From: Sulfuritalea sp.
Lineage (GTDB): Bacteria > Pseudomonadota > Gammaproteobacteria > Burkholderiales > Rhodocyclaceae
DNA: 50,072 bases
NCBI GenBank assembly: GCA_044344235.1
Contig: JBIJDI010000001.1
Span: forward strand, 1 to 50,072
Direction of reading: 5' to 3'
Shown piece by piece: positions 12,138-23,245 of the stretch. Numbering within the stretch: position 1 is the stretch's first letter; each line of letters begins with the position of its first letter. Made by a program: the position numbers and the translations under genes. Below the pieces are notes generated by a model. That model searched no databases, was not told the DNA's origin, and saw nothing but the letters and a program-made list of their open reading frames with translations.

Positions 12138-12467
12138 ATGGCTTTCGCCGACAACCTGAAGCAGTTGCCCCGTATCTCGCATCTGGCGGCAATCCAGTTG
12201 CTCGACAGCGAAGGCGCAGTGACCGCCACGATAGAAAACAAACCGGGTCAAACAGGCTCGCTGTCCGTCTACAATCATCTCGGGCAAATCTACGGCGCCA
12301 TCACTGCCGAGGCGGCCCGTAAAGGGCTCGAGCTCTACGCCGAGCACACCGATGATGCCCGGCAGAATCCCGGCAAGCACCCCAACATCGACCGCCTGAT
12401 GGCGTTGGCAGCGGAAGGCAAGGGTCTGCTGCGCGTGAAGCACGTCTTCGCCACGGGAATCGACTAG
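12138..12467 (+). CDS. DUF2322-like conserved protein
   Basis: F.DNL..LP, IENKPG..GSL.VY, PGKHPNIDRL; starts 1 nt after the purB stop. Confidence 0.85.
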   Translation: MAFADNLKQLPRISHLAAIQLLDSEGAVTATIENKPGQTGSLSVYNHLGQIYGAITAEAARKGLELYAEHTDDARQNPGKHPNIDRLMALAAEGKGLLRVKHVFATGID

Positions 12468-12492
12468 GCCCGGAGTCGAGCGCGCTTCGGGC
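12468..12492. terminator. GC-rich hairpin between convergent DUF2322 and secF (possible terminator)
   Basis: GCCCGGAG...CTTCGGGC stem; no clear U-tract. Confidence 0.35.
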
Positions 12493-12518
12493 AGTACTCC
12501 CGCAGCGCCGCCCTTTAC

Positions 12519-13475
12519 CTAAACAACGGCTTCCTGCTTTTCGACCTTGACCTGGATGAATTGCTCGCGGGAAACGCCCATCCACATCACCAGCGGACTG
12601 GCGACCAGCACCGACGAGTAGATGCCGAACAGGATGCCGATGGTCAGCGCCAGCGCAAAGTAATGCAGCGCCGGACCACCGAAAATAAGCATTGAGGTGA
12701 CCATCATCTGCGTGCAACCGTGGGTAATGATGGTGCGCGAGATCGTGCTGGTGATGGCGTGATCGAGCACCTGCGGGGTCGTCATGCCGCGCTTCTTCTT
12801 GAAGGTTTCGCGCACCCGGTCGAACACCACCACCGATTCGTTGACCGAATAGCCCAGCACCGCCAACACCGCCGCCAGCACCGGCAGGGAAAACTCCCAC
12901 TGGAACAGGGCAAAGCACCCGAGGATGATCACCACGTCGTGCATGTTGGCGATGATGGCCGACACCGCGAAACGCCATTCAAAGCGCATCGCCAGATACA
13001 GAACGATGCCGCAGACCACCAGCAGCAGCGCCAGTGCCCCGTCTGAGGCGAGTTCCTTGCCCACCTGCGGTCCGACGAACTCGACGCGCTTCAGCGTTGG
13101 CGCTCCGGCTGCCGCCGTCGCCGTATCGCCAGCGCCGACTTTTTGCAGCGAAGCCATGACGCGGTCACCCACCTTGGAGGTCTCGGCATCTTTCGACAAC
13201 GGCACCCGGATCAACACGTCGCGCGAGGAACCGAAGTTCTGCACCTGCGTATCGGTAAAACCGTCGGTCTCCATCTGCTTGCGCAACTTGTCGAGATCAG
13301 GCGCCTGTGCGTAACTGACTTCGAGCAGAGTGCCGCCGGTAAACTCGATCGAGAAGTGCAAGCCTTTGTTGACCAGGAAGAACACCGCCAGCAGGAAGCT
13401 GACCAACGATATGACGTTGAACACCAGCGCATGGCGCATGAACGGGATATCTTTTCTGATGCGGAAGAATTCCAT
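12519..13475 (-). CDS. secF: Protein translocase subunit SecF
   Basis: IEFTGG, EFVGPQVG, GYSVNESVVVFDRVRE, TISRTIIT. Confidence 0.97.
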   Translation of the reverse strand: MEFFRIRKDIPFMRHALVFNVISLVSFLLAVFFLVNKGLHFSIEFTGGTLLEVSYAQAPDLDKLRKQMETDGFTDTQVQNFGSSRDVLIRVPLSKDAETSKVGDRVMASLQKVGAGDTATAAAGAPTLKRVEFVGPQVGKELASDGALALLLVVCGIVLYLAMRFEWRFAVSAIIANMHDVVIILGCFALFQWEFSLPVLAAVLAVLGYSVNESVVVFDRVRETFKKKRGMTTPQVLDHAITSTISRTIITHGCTQMMVTSMLIFGGPALHYFALALTIGILFGIYSSVLVASPLVMWMGVSREQFIQVKVEKQEAVV

Positions 13476-13485
13476 GGCTATATCC

Positions 13486-15363
13486 CTAATTGGTGCCGAG
13501 GCCGGGTTTCCAGATCTGGCCGATGCTGAGACTGTCGAGTTTGCGACGACGGCCGTAGATCAAATTGACCACCGCGCGCGAAATGATCACCGAACTGAAG
13601 AGCGAGGTCAGAATGCCGAGGCAATGCACCACGGCGAAACCGCGCACCGGGCCGGACCCGAAGATCAGCAGCGCGACGCCGACGATAAGCGTGGTCACGT
13701 TGGAATCGAGAATCGTCGCCCAGGCGCGCTCGTAGCCGGCCGTAATGGCCGCCTGCGGCGTGCTGCCATTGCGCAGTTCCTCGCGCACGCGTTCGTTGAT
13801 CAGCACGTTCGAGTCGATCGCCATGCCCAGCGCCAGCGCGATGGCGGCGATACCGGGCAAGGTCAGGGTGGCCTGCAGCAGAGACAGCAGGGCCACCAGC
13901 AGCAGCATATTGGCCGACAGCGCCAGCACCGAGACCGCACCGAACAGCAGATAGTAGGCCATCATGAAGACGGCGATGGCGGCAAAGCCTCCCAGCGTCG
14001 AATTGAAGCCCTTCTTGATGTTGTCAGCACCGAGGCTGGGGCCGATGGTGCGTTCCTCGATGATCTCCATAGGCGCGGCTAGCGAGCCGGCGCGCAGCAG
14101 CAGCGCGACGTCGTTGGCTTCCATGGTGCTCATGCGGCCCGAAATCTGCACGCGGCCGCCACCGATTTCGGTGCGGATGACCGGAGCGGTGACCACCTCG
14201 CCCTTGCCTTTTTCGATCAGCAGAATGGCCATGCGCTTGCCGACGCTCTCGCGCGTCACATCCTTGAAGATGCGCGCGCCAGCCGAATCAAGCGACAAAT
14301 GCACGGCCGCCTCGTGGGTCTGGTTGTCGAAGCCCGGTTGGGCATCGGTCAGTCGCTCCCCGGTCAGCACCACCTGCTTCTTCACCAGCAGGCCGCGTCC
14401 GCCGCGCTCGACATAGTATTCAGTACCGGCCGGCGGCAGGCCGCGCGCCGCCTGCTCCATGATGGACGGATTGGCGCTGGCTTCGTCATCGACCATGCGC
14501 ACTTCCAGCGTCGCCGTGCGGCCGAGAATATCCTTGGCCTTGGCGGTGTCCTGCACACCCGGCAACTGCACCACGATGCGGTCGGCGCCCTGCTGCTGGA
14601 TGACCGGCTCGGCGACGCCGAGCTCGTTGATGCGGTTGTGCAGGGTGGTGATGTTCTGCTTGACCGCGAATTCCTGAATGCGCTTCTGCGCTTCGGGTTT
14701 GAGCGTTGCCACCAGTTTGAGGTCCGCGCCTTCCTGGGCGTCGGCCAGCAGCAGGTCCGGCTGATTTTCCGTCAAGGCCACACGCGCCTTGTCTCGTGTT
14801 TCCGCTTCGCGGAAGCGGATCGCCACGCTCTGGCCTTCGCGGCTGATGCCGCCATGCCGAATCGACTTGTCGCGCATCAGGCTGCGCAAGTCTGCGCTGA
14901 TCGAATCGAGACGCTTGGTCAGCGCGCCCTTCATGTCGACCTGCAACAGGAAATGCACGCCGCCACGCAGATCGAGCCCCAGATACATCGGCAATGCGTG
15001 AATGCCGGTCAGCCAATTGGGAGAGTTCGACACCAGATTCAGCGCCACGCTGTAGCTCGCATCCGCCGCAACCGGATTCAGCGCCTTTTCGATCACGTCC
15101 TTGGCCTTGAGCTGGGTGTCCGTGTCGACCAGTCGCACCCGTATGCTGTTGAGGTCAAGGACGACACCCTGCGGTGCAACGGCGGCCGCCTTCAGCGCAT
15201 CCTGCACCTGGGCCATGAGTCTCGCGTCGACTTTGTGCGTCGACTTGACGCTGGCCACCTGCACGGCCGGCGCTTCACCGAAAAAGTTGGGCAGGGTATA
15301 GAGCAGTCCAAGCACCAGGGCGATCAACACCGTGGCGTTCTTCCAGAGCGGGTAGCGATTCAT
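13486..15363 (-). CDS. secD: Protein translocase subunit SecD
   Basis: MNRYPLWK, LGLDLRGG, RINELGVAEP, GMAIDSNVLINER. Confidence 0.98.
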   Translation of the reverse strand: MNRYPLWKNATVLIALVLGLLYTLPNFFGEAPAVQVASVKSTHKVDARLMAQVQDALKAAAVAPQGVVLDLNSIRVRLVDTDTQLKAKDVIEKALNPVAADASYSVALNLVSNSPNWLTGIHALPMYLGLDLRGGVHFLLQVDMKGALTKRLDSISADLRSLMRDKSIRHGGISREGQSVAIRFREAETRDKARVALTENQPDLLLADAQEGADLKLVATLKPEAQKRIQEFAVKQNITTLHNRINELGVAEPVIQQQGADRIVVQLPGVQDTAKAKDILGRTATLEVRMVDDEASANPSIMEQAARGLPPAGTEYYVERGGRGLLVKKQVVLTGERLTDAQPGFDNQTHEAAVHLSLDSAGARIFKDVTRESVGKRMAILLIEKGKGEVVTAPVIRTEIGGGRVQISGRMSTMEANDVALLLRAGSLAAPMEIIEERTIGPSLGADNIKKGFNSTLGGFAAIAVFMMAYYLLFGAVSVLALSANMLLLVALLSLLQATLTLPGIAAIALALGMAIDSNVLINERVREELRNGSTPQAAITAGYERAWATILDSNVTTLIVGVALLIFGSGPVRGFAVVHCLGILTSLFSSVIISRAVVNLIYGRRRKLDSLSIGQIWKPGLGTN

Positions 15364-15384
15364 GGCGTGGTGGCCGGCGGTGTC

Positions 15385-15510
15385 TTAACGTGAAATTGAC
15401 TCAAGGCGATGAACGAAGTACCCCGTCATCCCCGAGCGCAGCGAACTGACAGTCACCCCCGCCCGGGCGGGGGCCGGGGGGCAGGGGGCGCTATGTTGCC
15501 TTTGCGGCAT
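15385..15510 (-). repeat. Palindromic intergenic element (family B) spanned by a 41-aa mini-ORF between yajC and secD
   Basis: Shares AAAGGCAA, a C5-7/G5-7 hairpin, TCGCT[GT]CGCTCG and terminal TTTCACGTTAA with 48819-48938; ORF MPQRQHSAPCPPAPARAGVTVSSLRSGMTGYFVHRLESISR* begins in a TAATG overlap with the yajC stop. Confidence 0.7.
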
Positions 15511-15851
15511 TACAGGTTTTTCATGGTGCCCTTGGGCAGCAGTGCGCCCACGGCGGTCTTCTGTACGGTCATCACCACCGGGCCATCCTTGGCGTCCGCC
15601 ACTTCCAGGCTCAGGTAGTTCTCGCCCACTTTGGCAATGCGGCCAACGATGCCGCCCTGGGTGATGACTTCATCGCCCTTGGCCAGTTCGCTGACCATCT
15701 TCTGCTGCTCCTTGGCCTTCTTCATCTGCGGCCGGATCATGACGAACCACAAGACGACGAACATCAGCAGGATGGGCAACATGCCCATCAAGCCACCGGT
15801 CGGATCGGCGGCGGCACCGGCCGCCTGCGCGTAAGCATTTGAAATCAGCAC
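15510..15851 (-). CDS. yajC: Preprotein translocase subunit YajC
   Basis: LWFVMIRPQMKK, L.KGDEVITQGGI; GTG start with SD GGAG. Confidence 0.96.
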   Translation of the reverse strand: MLISNAYAQAAGAAADPTGGLMGMLPILLMFVVLWFVMIRPQMKKAKEQQKMVSELAKGDEVITQGGIVGRIAKVGENYLSLEVADAKDGPVVMTVQKTAVGALLPKGTMKNL

Positions 15852-15886
15852 TGTAAGTCTCCAAGAATGTCTTAATTAACCGATGA

Positions 15887-18022
<2,136 letters not shown>

Positions 18023-18104
18023 GGGAATGACGGGAAAGGCATTGCGGCAGATTGATTGCCGCGAGTCACGCAGCGAGCGGCTGCCTTCTCGGCGGCCGGC
18101 GCGA

Positions 18105-18113
18105 ATAGTAGCA
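18105..18113 (-). promoter_or_regulatory. Putative extended -10 promoter for queA-tgt
   Basis: TGCTACTAT on the minus strand followed by a GC-rich discriminator (TCGCGCC). Confidence 0.45.
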
Positions 18114-18169
18114 GAGCCCTATCCCTGGTCCGCCGGCGTCAGCGCACGCTCAAGCCTGCGCATTGCGGC

Positions 18170-18871
18170 TCAATTCACTCCAGCAGGGTTGCCATGGCGT
18201 TTGAACGCCACCAGATCGACCAGAATCAACTGGCCGTCCTGCTCATGGATAAGCCCTTGGGCCGTGAGATCACGCATCACGCGACTGACCATCTCGCGTG
18301 ATGCGCCGATCATCTTCGCGATATCCTGCTTGCTCAGCTTGCGCGTCACCACCTGGCGTCCATCAACATTCTCCGCCGCCTCCAGCAACAGGCGCGCGAC
18401 GCGCCCATAGACATCGAGCAAGGCGAGGCTTTCGATATTGCGGTCAGCCAGGCGCAGGCGCTTGGCCAGGTTGCGCATGATGAAAAGCGAAACGTCCGGG
18501 TTCTCCACCAGGCACCGCTTGAAGTCCGCCTTGCCGATTACCACTACTTCACTTGACTCGACAGCCAGCACGGTTGCCGAACGCGGATGATCGTCGAGCA
18601 CGCCCATTTCGCCGAACAGCTCGCCCGGCCCGAGAATGGAGAGGATGACCTCACGCCCTTCCTCGTCGCTGATCTGCACCTTCAGCGCGCCTGACAGAAC
18701 GAAGTAGATGTTGTCGGTTCGGTCGCCGTCATGCAGCACCACCGTATGCCGCGGGATGTTGCGCAACATGGCAACGCGCGTCAGCGGTTTGAGGCACTCG
18801 TCATCGAGCATCTCGAAGATCGGCAGCGCCCTGAGGATGGTCAATGAAACTCCAGCATTCGGCGAAATCAC
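18170..18871 (-). CDS. Crp/Fnr family transcriptional regulator (CRP-like)
   Basis: cNMP domain with FGEMG...PRSATV; HTH IGASREMVSR; GTG start with SD GGAGG. Confidence 0.92.
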   Translation of the reverse strand: MISPNAGVSLTILRALPIFEMLDDECLKPLTRVAMLRNIPRHTVVLHDGDRTDNIYFVLSGALKVQISDEEGREVILSILGPGELFGEMGVLDDHPRSATVLAVESSEVVVIGKADFKRCLVENPDVSLFIMRNLAKRLRLADRNIESLALLDVYGRVARLLLEAAENVDGRQVVTRKLSKQDIAKMIGASREMVSRVMRDLTAQGLIHEQDGQLILVDLVAFKRHGNPAGVN

Positions 18872-19043
18872 AAAATACCCTCCGTCAAGACCAGCATGGC
18901 GCAGCGAGCGTCAAGTGTAATCCGGAATACCGCCAATCAGGTCTGTCATAACCCCCGCCCACGCAGGCAAGCCTGCGCCGAGACTGCCTTTTTCATCCAG
19001 CCCGTATGGCTAGTGGCCTGGCTCAGGCGAATGCAGGTGTTCT

Positions 19044-19128
19044 TGGTGCCGGGGGGGGAAGTCGAATCCCCATGCCTTGCGGCGGCGGTGTTTGAGACCG
19101 CTACGTCTACCGATTCCGTCACCCCGGC
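19044..19128 (-). tRNA. tRNA-Leu(CAA), 85 nt, with long variable arm
   Basis: GCCGGGG/CCCCGGC acceptor stem plus ACCA; D-loop GGTA; anticodon stem GCGGT/ACCGC with loop CTCAAAC; variable arm GCC-GCAA-GGC; T arm GGGGA-TTCGACT-TCCCC. Confidence 0.93.
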
Positions 19129-19171
19129 GCGGGATGTCGCAGCACCACAAAGGGTTCTGCGTGAGGCGCGC

Positions 19172-19200
19172 ATTATCCGACAAAGTGGGCCGTCCCACAA
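19172..19200 (-). promoter_or_regulatory. Stable-RNA-type promoter for tRNA-Leu
   Basis: TTGTGG, 17 bp spacer, GATAAT, then GC-rich discriminator GCGCGCC. Confidence 0.55.
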
Positions 19201-19359
19201 TCTCATGCGCCCTGCACCGTCGTCGCGGTGTGAAGTGGAAAACGGAACGGAGCCTGCCACGGCAACGCCATCGACGAGGTCCATCCCGCGTTTTCCTATT
19301 ACCAAAGTGGGCATGTCGCAAGCGTGATGGGCCATGATCAAAGGGTCTATAATGCCTCA

Positions 19360-21258
19360 ATGGTGCAGAGCAGCAATCCCGCTGATATCATGTCAAAGCC
19401 CCGTCTCGCCTCGATCTCCGTGGCGGCGATGGGCGTGGTCTACGGCGACATCGGCACCAGCCCCCTCTACACCATGAGGGAAGTCTTCAATGGTCCGCAC
19501 GCCGTAGCGGTATCGCCGGAAAACCTGCTGGGCATTCTCTCGCTGATTTTCTGGGCGCTGACCATCACGGTTACGCTCAAATACGTGATGTTCATCACCC
19601 GCGCCGACAACCGCGGCGAGGGCGGCATCATGGCGCTGACTTCGCTTGCCCTGCGTACCCAAGGCGCGGGAACGGGCATGCTGTGGCTGATGTCGGTTCT
19701 GGGCATCTTCGGCGCCGGCCTGTTCTACGGTGACGCCGTGATCACCCCCGCGATGTCGGTTCTCTCTGCCGTCGAGGGACTCGAAGTCGCCACGCCCATG
19801 TTCAAACCGTATGTGGTGCCCATCACCATCGCGGTCCTCTGCGGCCTGTTCATCTTTCAACCGCGAGGCACCGCCAGCGTTGGCGCCCTGTTCGGACCGA
19901 TCATGCTGTTCTGGTTCGGCACGCTGGGCGCACTGGGGGTGTGGAACATTCTGAAGCATCCGGGGGTCATCGCTGCGATCAACCCCTGGTATGCGGTGCA
20001 CTTCTTCCTGGAGAACCGCTCTCACGCCTATCTAGCGCTGGGCGCGGTGGTGCTGGCGATTACCGGGGGCGAAGCGCTGTATGCCGACATGGGACATTTC
20101 GGGCGGCGCCCGATCAAGTGGGCCTGGCTGGGGTATGTGTTTCCCTGCCTGTACCTGAACTACCTCGGGCAAGGTGCGCTGATCCTCGACAATCCGGCCG
20201 CGGTGAAAAATCCCTTCTTCATGCTGGTTCCCGAGGCACTGCTCTACCCGATGGTTGGTCTGGCCACCGCCGCCACCGTCATCGCTTCGCAGGCTGTGAT
20301 CTCGGGCGCGTTCTCGCTCACCAGCCAGGCCATGCAACTCGGCTATTGCCCGCGGGTCCAGATCAAGTTCACTTCGGAGCGCGAAAAGGGACAGATCTAC
20401 ATCCCCAATATCAACTGGCTGTTGCTGCTCGCCGTGATCGTCCTCGTGCTCGGCTTCAAGTCATCGTCGAATCTGGCCTCCGCATACGGCATCGCCGTGA
20501 CCTTGACCATGATGATCGACACCCTGCTCGCCTTTGTCGTGGTGCGCGCACTGTGGAACTGGAACTGGCTGCAGGCCGGTCTTTTCCTGGCGCTGTTCAT
20601 CGTGGTCGACTTTGCGTTCTTCTCCGCCAATCTGATCAAGATACTGGACGGCGGCTGGTTCCCGCTGGCTCTCGGTCTTGGCGTATTCACGCTACTGGCA
20701 ACATGGAAGCGTGGCCGCACCCTGCTCTATGAAAAGCTCCAGCAGGACTCCATCCCGCTCGACACCTTCATCACCAGCCTCCAGTACGGCGGTCCGCATC
20801 GCGTCGAAGGCACCGGCATCTTCATGACCACACAGCCCGATGGCGTGCCGCGAGCGATGCTGCACAACCTGCTGCACAACAAGGTACTGCACCAGCGGGT
20901 CATACTGCTCAACGTCAATATGGAAGACATCCCCCATATCGACGAGAGCGAACGGATCTTTGTCGAACAGTTGCGGGAAGGCTTCTACAAGGTCATCGTC
21001 AATTACGGCTTCAAGGACGACCCCGACATCCCGCTGGCGCTGGAACAGTGCGGCAAACATGGCATGGCGCCCATCGAGATGATGGAAACCTCGTTCTTCC
21101 TCGGCCGCGAAACCATCGTCCCCAACCGCGTGCCGTCCATGACCCTGTGGCGGCAGGTACTGTTCATGTGGATGTTCCGCAATGCCGGAACGGCAACCGA
21201 CTTCTTCAAACTCCCGACCAATCGCGTCGTTGAACTCGGCACCCAGGTCGAGCTTTGA
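19360..21258 (+). CDS. kup: Potassium transporter Kup
   Basis: GVVYGDIGTSPLY, ADNRGEGG, EALYADMGHF, RVVELGTQVEL; start uncertain (19360 or 19390). Confidence 0.96.
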   Translation: MVQSSNPADIMSKPRLASISVAAMGVVYGDIGTSPLYTMREVFNGPHAVAVSPENLLGILSLIFWALTITVTLKYVMFITRADNRGEGGIMALTSLALRTQGAGTGMLWLMSVLGIFGAGLFYGDAVITPAMSVLSAVEGLEVATPMFKPYVVPITIAVLCGLFIFQPRGTASVGALFGPIMLFWFGTLGALGVWNILKHPGVIAAINPWYAVHFFLENRSHAYLALGAVVLAITGGEALYADMGHFGRRPIKWAWLGYVFPCLYLNYLGQGALILDNPAAVKNPFFMLVPEALLYPMVGLATAATVIASQAVISGAFSLTSQAMQLGYCPRVQIKFTSEREKGQIYIPNINWLLLLAVIVLVLGFKSSSNLASAYGIAVTLTMMIDTLLAFVVVRALWNWNWLQAGLFLALFIVVDFAFFSANLIKILDGGWFPLALGLGVFTLLATWKRGRTLLYEKLQQDSIPLDTFITSLQYGGPHRVEGTGIFMTTQPDGVPRAMLHNLLHNKVLHQRVILLNVNMEDIPHIDESERIFVEQLREGFYKVIVNYGFKDDPDIPLALEQCGKHGMAPIEMMETSFFLGRETIVPNRVPSMTLWRQVLFMWMFRNAGTATDFFKLPTNRVVELGTQVEL

Positions 21259-21408
21259 TCTGAACCAGAGGCTTGAATCAGCCCCGTTGATTTCTTCATC
21301 ACCTCAGATGATTTGCCAAGTAGCGCAAAGCGGGAAACAATACGTTATGCTTGTCTGGAACATATAGACCTAAACAGTAATCACGCGAACCGAGGAGAGG
21401 CTCCCCCC

Positions 21409-21879
21409 ATGAACAAAACCCGCAGAACGGTACTGAAAGGCGCCACCGCCAGTGGCTTGCTGGCGAGCCTGATTGCCGCCGGCGCTTTGCGCCCGACGCA
21501 AGTGCTGGCCGCCGATTGGAACAAGGCCGCCTTCGAAGCGAAAGACACGGCCGGAGCGCTCAAGGGCCTTGGTGCCGGAGCGCCCGCCGACAGCAAGGAT
21601 TTGATTCTCAAAGTGCCCGATATCGCCGAAAACGGAGCCGTGGTTCCGGTAGACGTAGTCAGCAATATTCCCAACACCAGTTCGATTTCGATTCTGGTCG
21701 AAAAGAATCCTCAGCCGCTTTCCTGCCAGTTCGATTTCGCGAACGGTGCTCTAGCGGACGTATCTGCGCGTCTCAAGTTGGCCCAGACGTCCCTGGTCAA
21801 GGCGGTCGCCAAAGCTGACGGGAAGTTCTATACCGCACAAAAAGAAGTCAAGGTCACTGCCGGCGGCTGCGGCGGCTGA
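21409..21879 (+). CDS. soxY: Thiosulfate oxidation carrier protein SoxY
   Basis: Tat signal (TRRTVLK), PDIAENGAVVP, C-terminal VKVTAGGCGG swinging arm; SD GAGGAG; start corrected from 21313. Confidence 0.97.
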   Translation: MNKTRRTVLKGATASGLLASLIAAGALRPTQVLAADWNKAAFEAKDTAGALKGLGAGAPADSKDLILKVPDIAENGAVVPVDVVSNIPNTSSISILVEKNPQPLSCQFDFANGALADVSARLKLAQTSLVKAVAKADGKFYTAQKEVKVTAGGCGG

Positions 21880-21906
21880 TCAAACCAGAACAAACAGGAG
21901 CACACC

Positions 21907-22218
21907 ATGGCAGATCCGATGAAGATTCGCGCAAGTTTGAAGGGCGATGTCGCAGAAATTCGTATCCTGATGAGTCACGCAATGGAAACCGGCCAGCGCA
22001 AGGACGCTGCCGGTGCGACCGTCCCCCCCCATTTCATTCAATCCATGACGGTCACGGTCGGTGGCAAGAAAGTGATCGATGGCCAGATCGGCACCTCGGT
22101 GTCGCGCAACCCGGTCTTTGGCTTCAAGATGAAGGGCGCCAAAGTTGGCGACAAGGTCGTCGTCAACTGGGTCGATAACAAAGGCGACAAGAGATCCGAC
22201 GAAGTCGCCGTCGCCTGA
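21907..22218 (+). CDS. soxZ: Thiosulfate oxidation carrier complex protein SoxZ
   Basis: H.METGQRKD, PHFI, SVSRNP, W.DNKG motifs. Confidence 0.97.
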   Translation: MADPMKIRASLKGDVAEIRILMSHAMETGQRKDAAGATVPPHFIQSMTVTVGGKKVIDGQIGTSVSRNPVFGFKMKGAKVGDKVVVNWVDNKGDKRSDEVAVA

Positions 22219-22284
22219 CCGTTACACCCGAAAATAATAAATCGGAGCGGGATACACCCGCCCCAGCCTTGACAGGAGGAGACT

Positions 22285-23151
22285 ATGAAACAAAGACTCA
22301 TTGGCGCGCTCTGTGCCATAGCGGTCATGGGTGGCGCGTTTGCCCAGACTCCGAAGAAGCCGGCCGCGAAGGCGGCGGTCAAAACTGCACCAGCGGCCGA
22401 AGTGAAGGATGCCGCGACGCTTGAGTTCGAGAAGTTCCGCACTCAAATGGAACAGGATGGAAACCCGGCCGAACTCTTCGAAGTAAAGGGTGAGGAACTC
22501 TGGAAGGCCAAGCGCGGCCCGAAGAATGTTTCGCTCGCCGAGAGTTGCGATCTCGGTCTCGGCGTTGGCATTGTCAAGGGCGCCTATGTGCAGATGCCGC
22601 GCTATTTCGCTGATGCCGGCAAGGTCATGGACGCCGAGCGCCGCATCGTCTGGTGCATGGTCGAAAAGCAGGGCTTCAAGTTCGACGACCTGGCCAAAAA
22701 GCCCTTCGCCAGCGGCGACTACACGCCCGAGCAGACTTCGCTGGTGACCTACGTCGCCGGTCAGTCGAAGGACATGAAGATCGCCGTCCCGCTCAAGGAC
22801 CCGCATGTCAGGGATGCCTATGCGATCGGCAAGGAAGTCGTGGCTTACCGCGCCGGCCCTTACGACTTTTCCTGCAACACCTGTCACGGCGCCGACGGCA
22901 AGCGCATCCGCATGCAGAACCTGCCGAATATCTCCACCGCCAACGGAGCGCTCACTGCCGTACTGGGCTGGCCCGGCTATCGCATGACAGGTGGCGTAAT
23001 GCTGACCCATCAGTGGCGCATGGGCGACTGCTTCCGCCAGCAGCGTTTCCCGGAGCCGAAGTACGCATCCGACACCGTCACTGCCCTGCTGACCTACATG
23101 ACGGCCAATGCCAATGGCCACATGTACAAAGGCCTCGGCATCAAGCGCTAA
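22285..23151 (+). CDS. soxA: Sulfur oxidation c-type cytochrome SoxA (monoheme)
   Basis: Signal peptide; single CNTCH heme site; WPGYR and RMGDCFRQQR catalytic Cys motif. Confidence 0.95.
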   Translation: MKQRLIGALCAIAVMGGAFAQTPKKPAAKAAVKTAPAAEVKDAATLEFEKFRTQMEQDGNPAELFEVKGEELWKAKRGPKNVSLAESCDLGLGVGIVKGAYVQMPRYFADAGKVMDAERRIVWCMVEKQGFKFDDLAKKPFASGDYTPEQTSLVTYVAGQSKDMKIAVPLKDPHVRDAYAIGKEVVAYRAGPYDFSCNTCHGADGKRIRMQNLPNISTANGALTAVLGWPGYRMTGGVMLTHQWRMGDCFRQQRFPEPKYASDTVTALLTYMTANANGHMYKGLGIKR

Positions 23152-23164
23152 CGAGGGACAATAT

Positions 23165-23245
23165 ATGGCCCCCACGCTCGCTTCGTTCGCTGCCCCCACA
23201 GGGGGCGCCGCCTCCCTCGGGACGGCCCTTCGGGAGACATCATGA
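23165..23245 (+). repeat. Palindromic intergenic element (family A) spanned by a 26-aa mini-ORF between soxA and soxX
   Basis: Colinear with 43060-43143 (TGGCCCCC-ACGCTCGC..TCGCTG-CCCCCACAGGGGG...CCTYGGGRCGGCCC..CGG); ORF MAPTLASFAAPTGGAASLGTALRETS* has SD GAGGGA and ends in an ATGA overlap with soxX. Confidence 0.8.

Noticed and set aside
18023-18104. preQ1 riboswitch upstream of queA-tgt
   Set aside because: Lacks the AU-rich preQ1-I hairpin and A-rich tail.
18872-19043. Genomic island or prophage integrated at the tRNA-Leu 3' end
   Set aside because: No integrase and no duplicated tRNA 3' end seen in the window; only a short hairpin (CGCAGGC/GCCTGCG) and a CRP-family gene follow.
18896-19360. 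ORFs 18896..19327+, 18946..19341- and 19010..19360-
   Set aside because: They overlap the tRNA and its promoter and have no protein motifs.
21255-21268. FNR-like box TTGAT-CTGA-ACCAG upstream of soxY
   Set aside because: Two mismatches in the second half-site and overlap with the kup stop codon; chance match likely.
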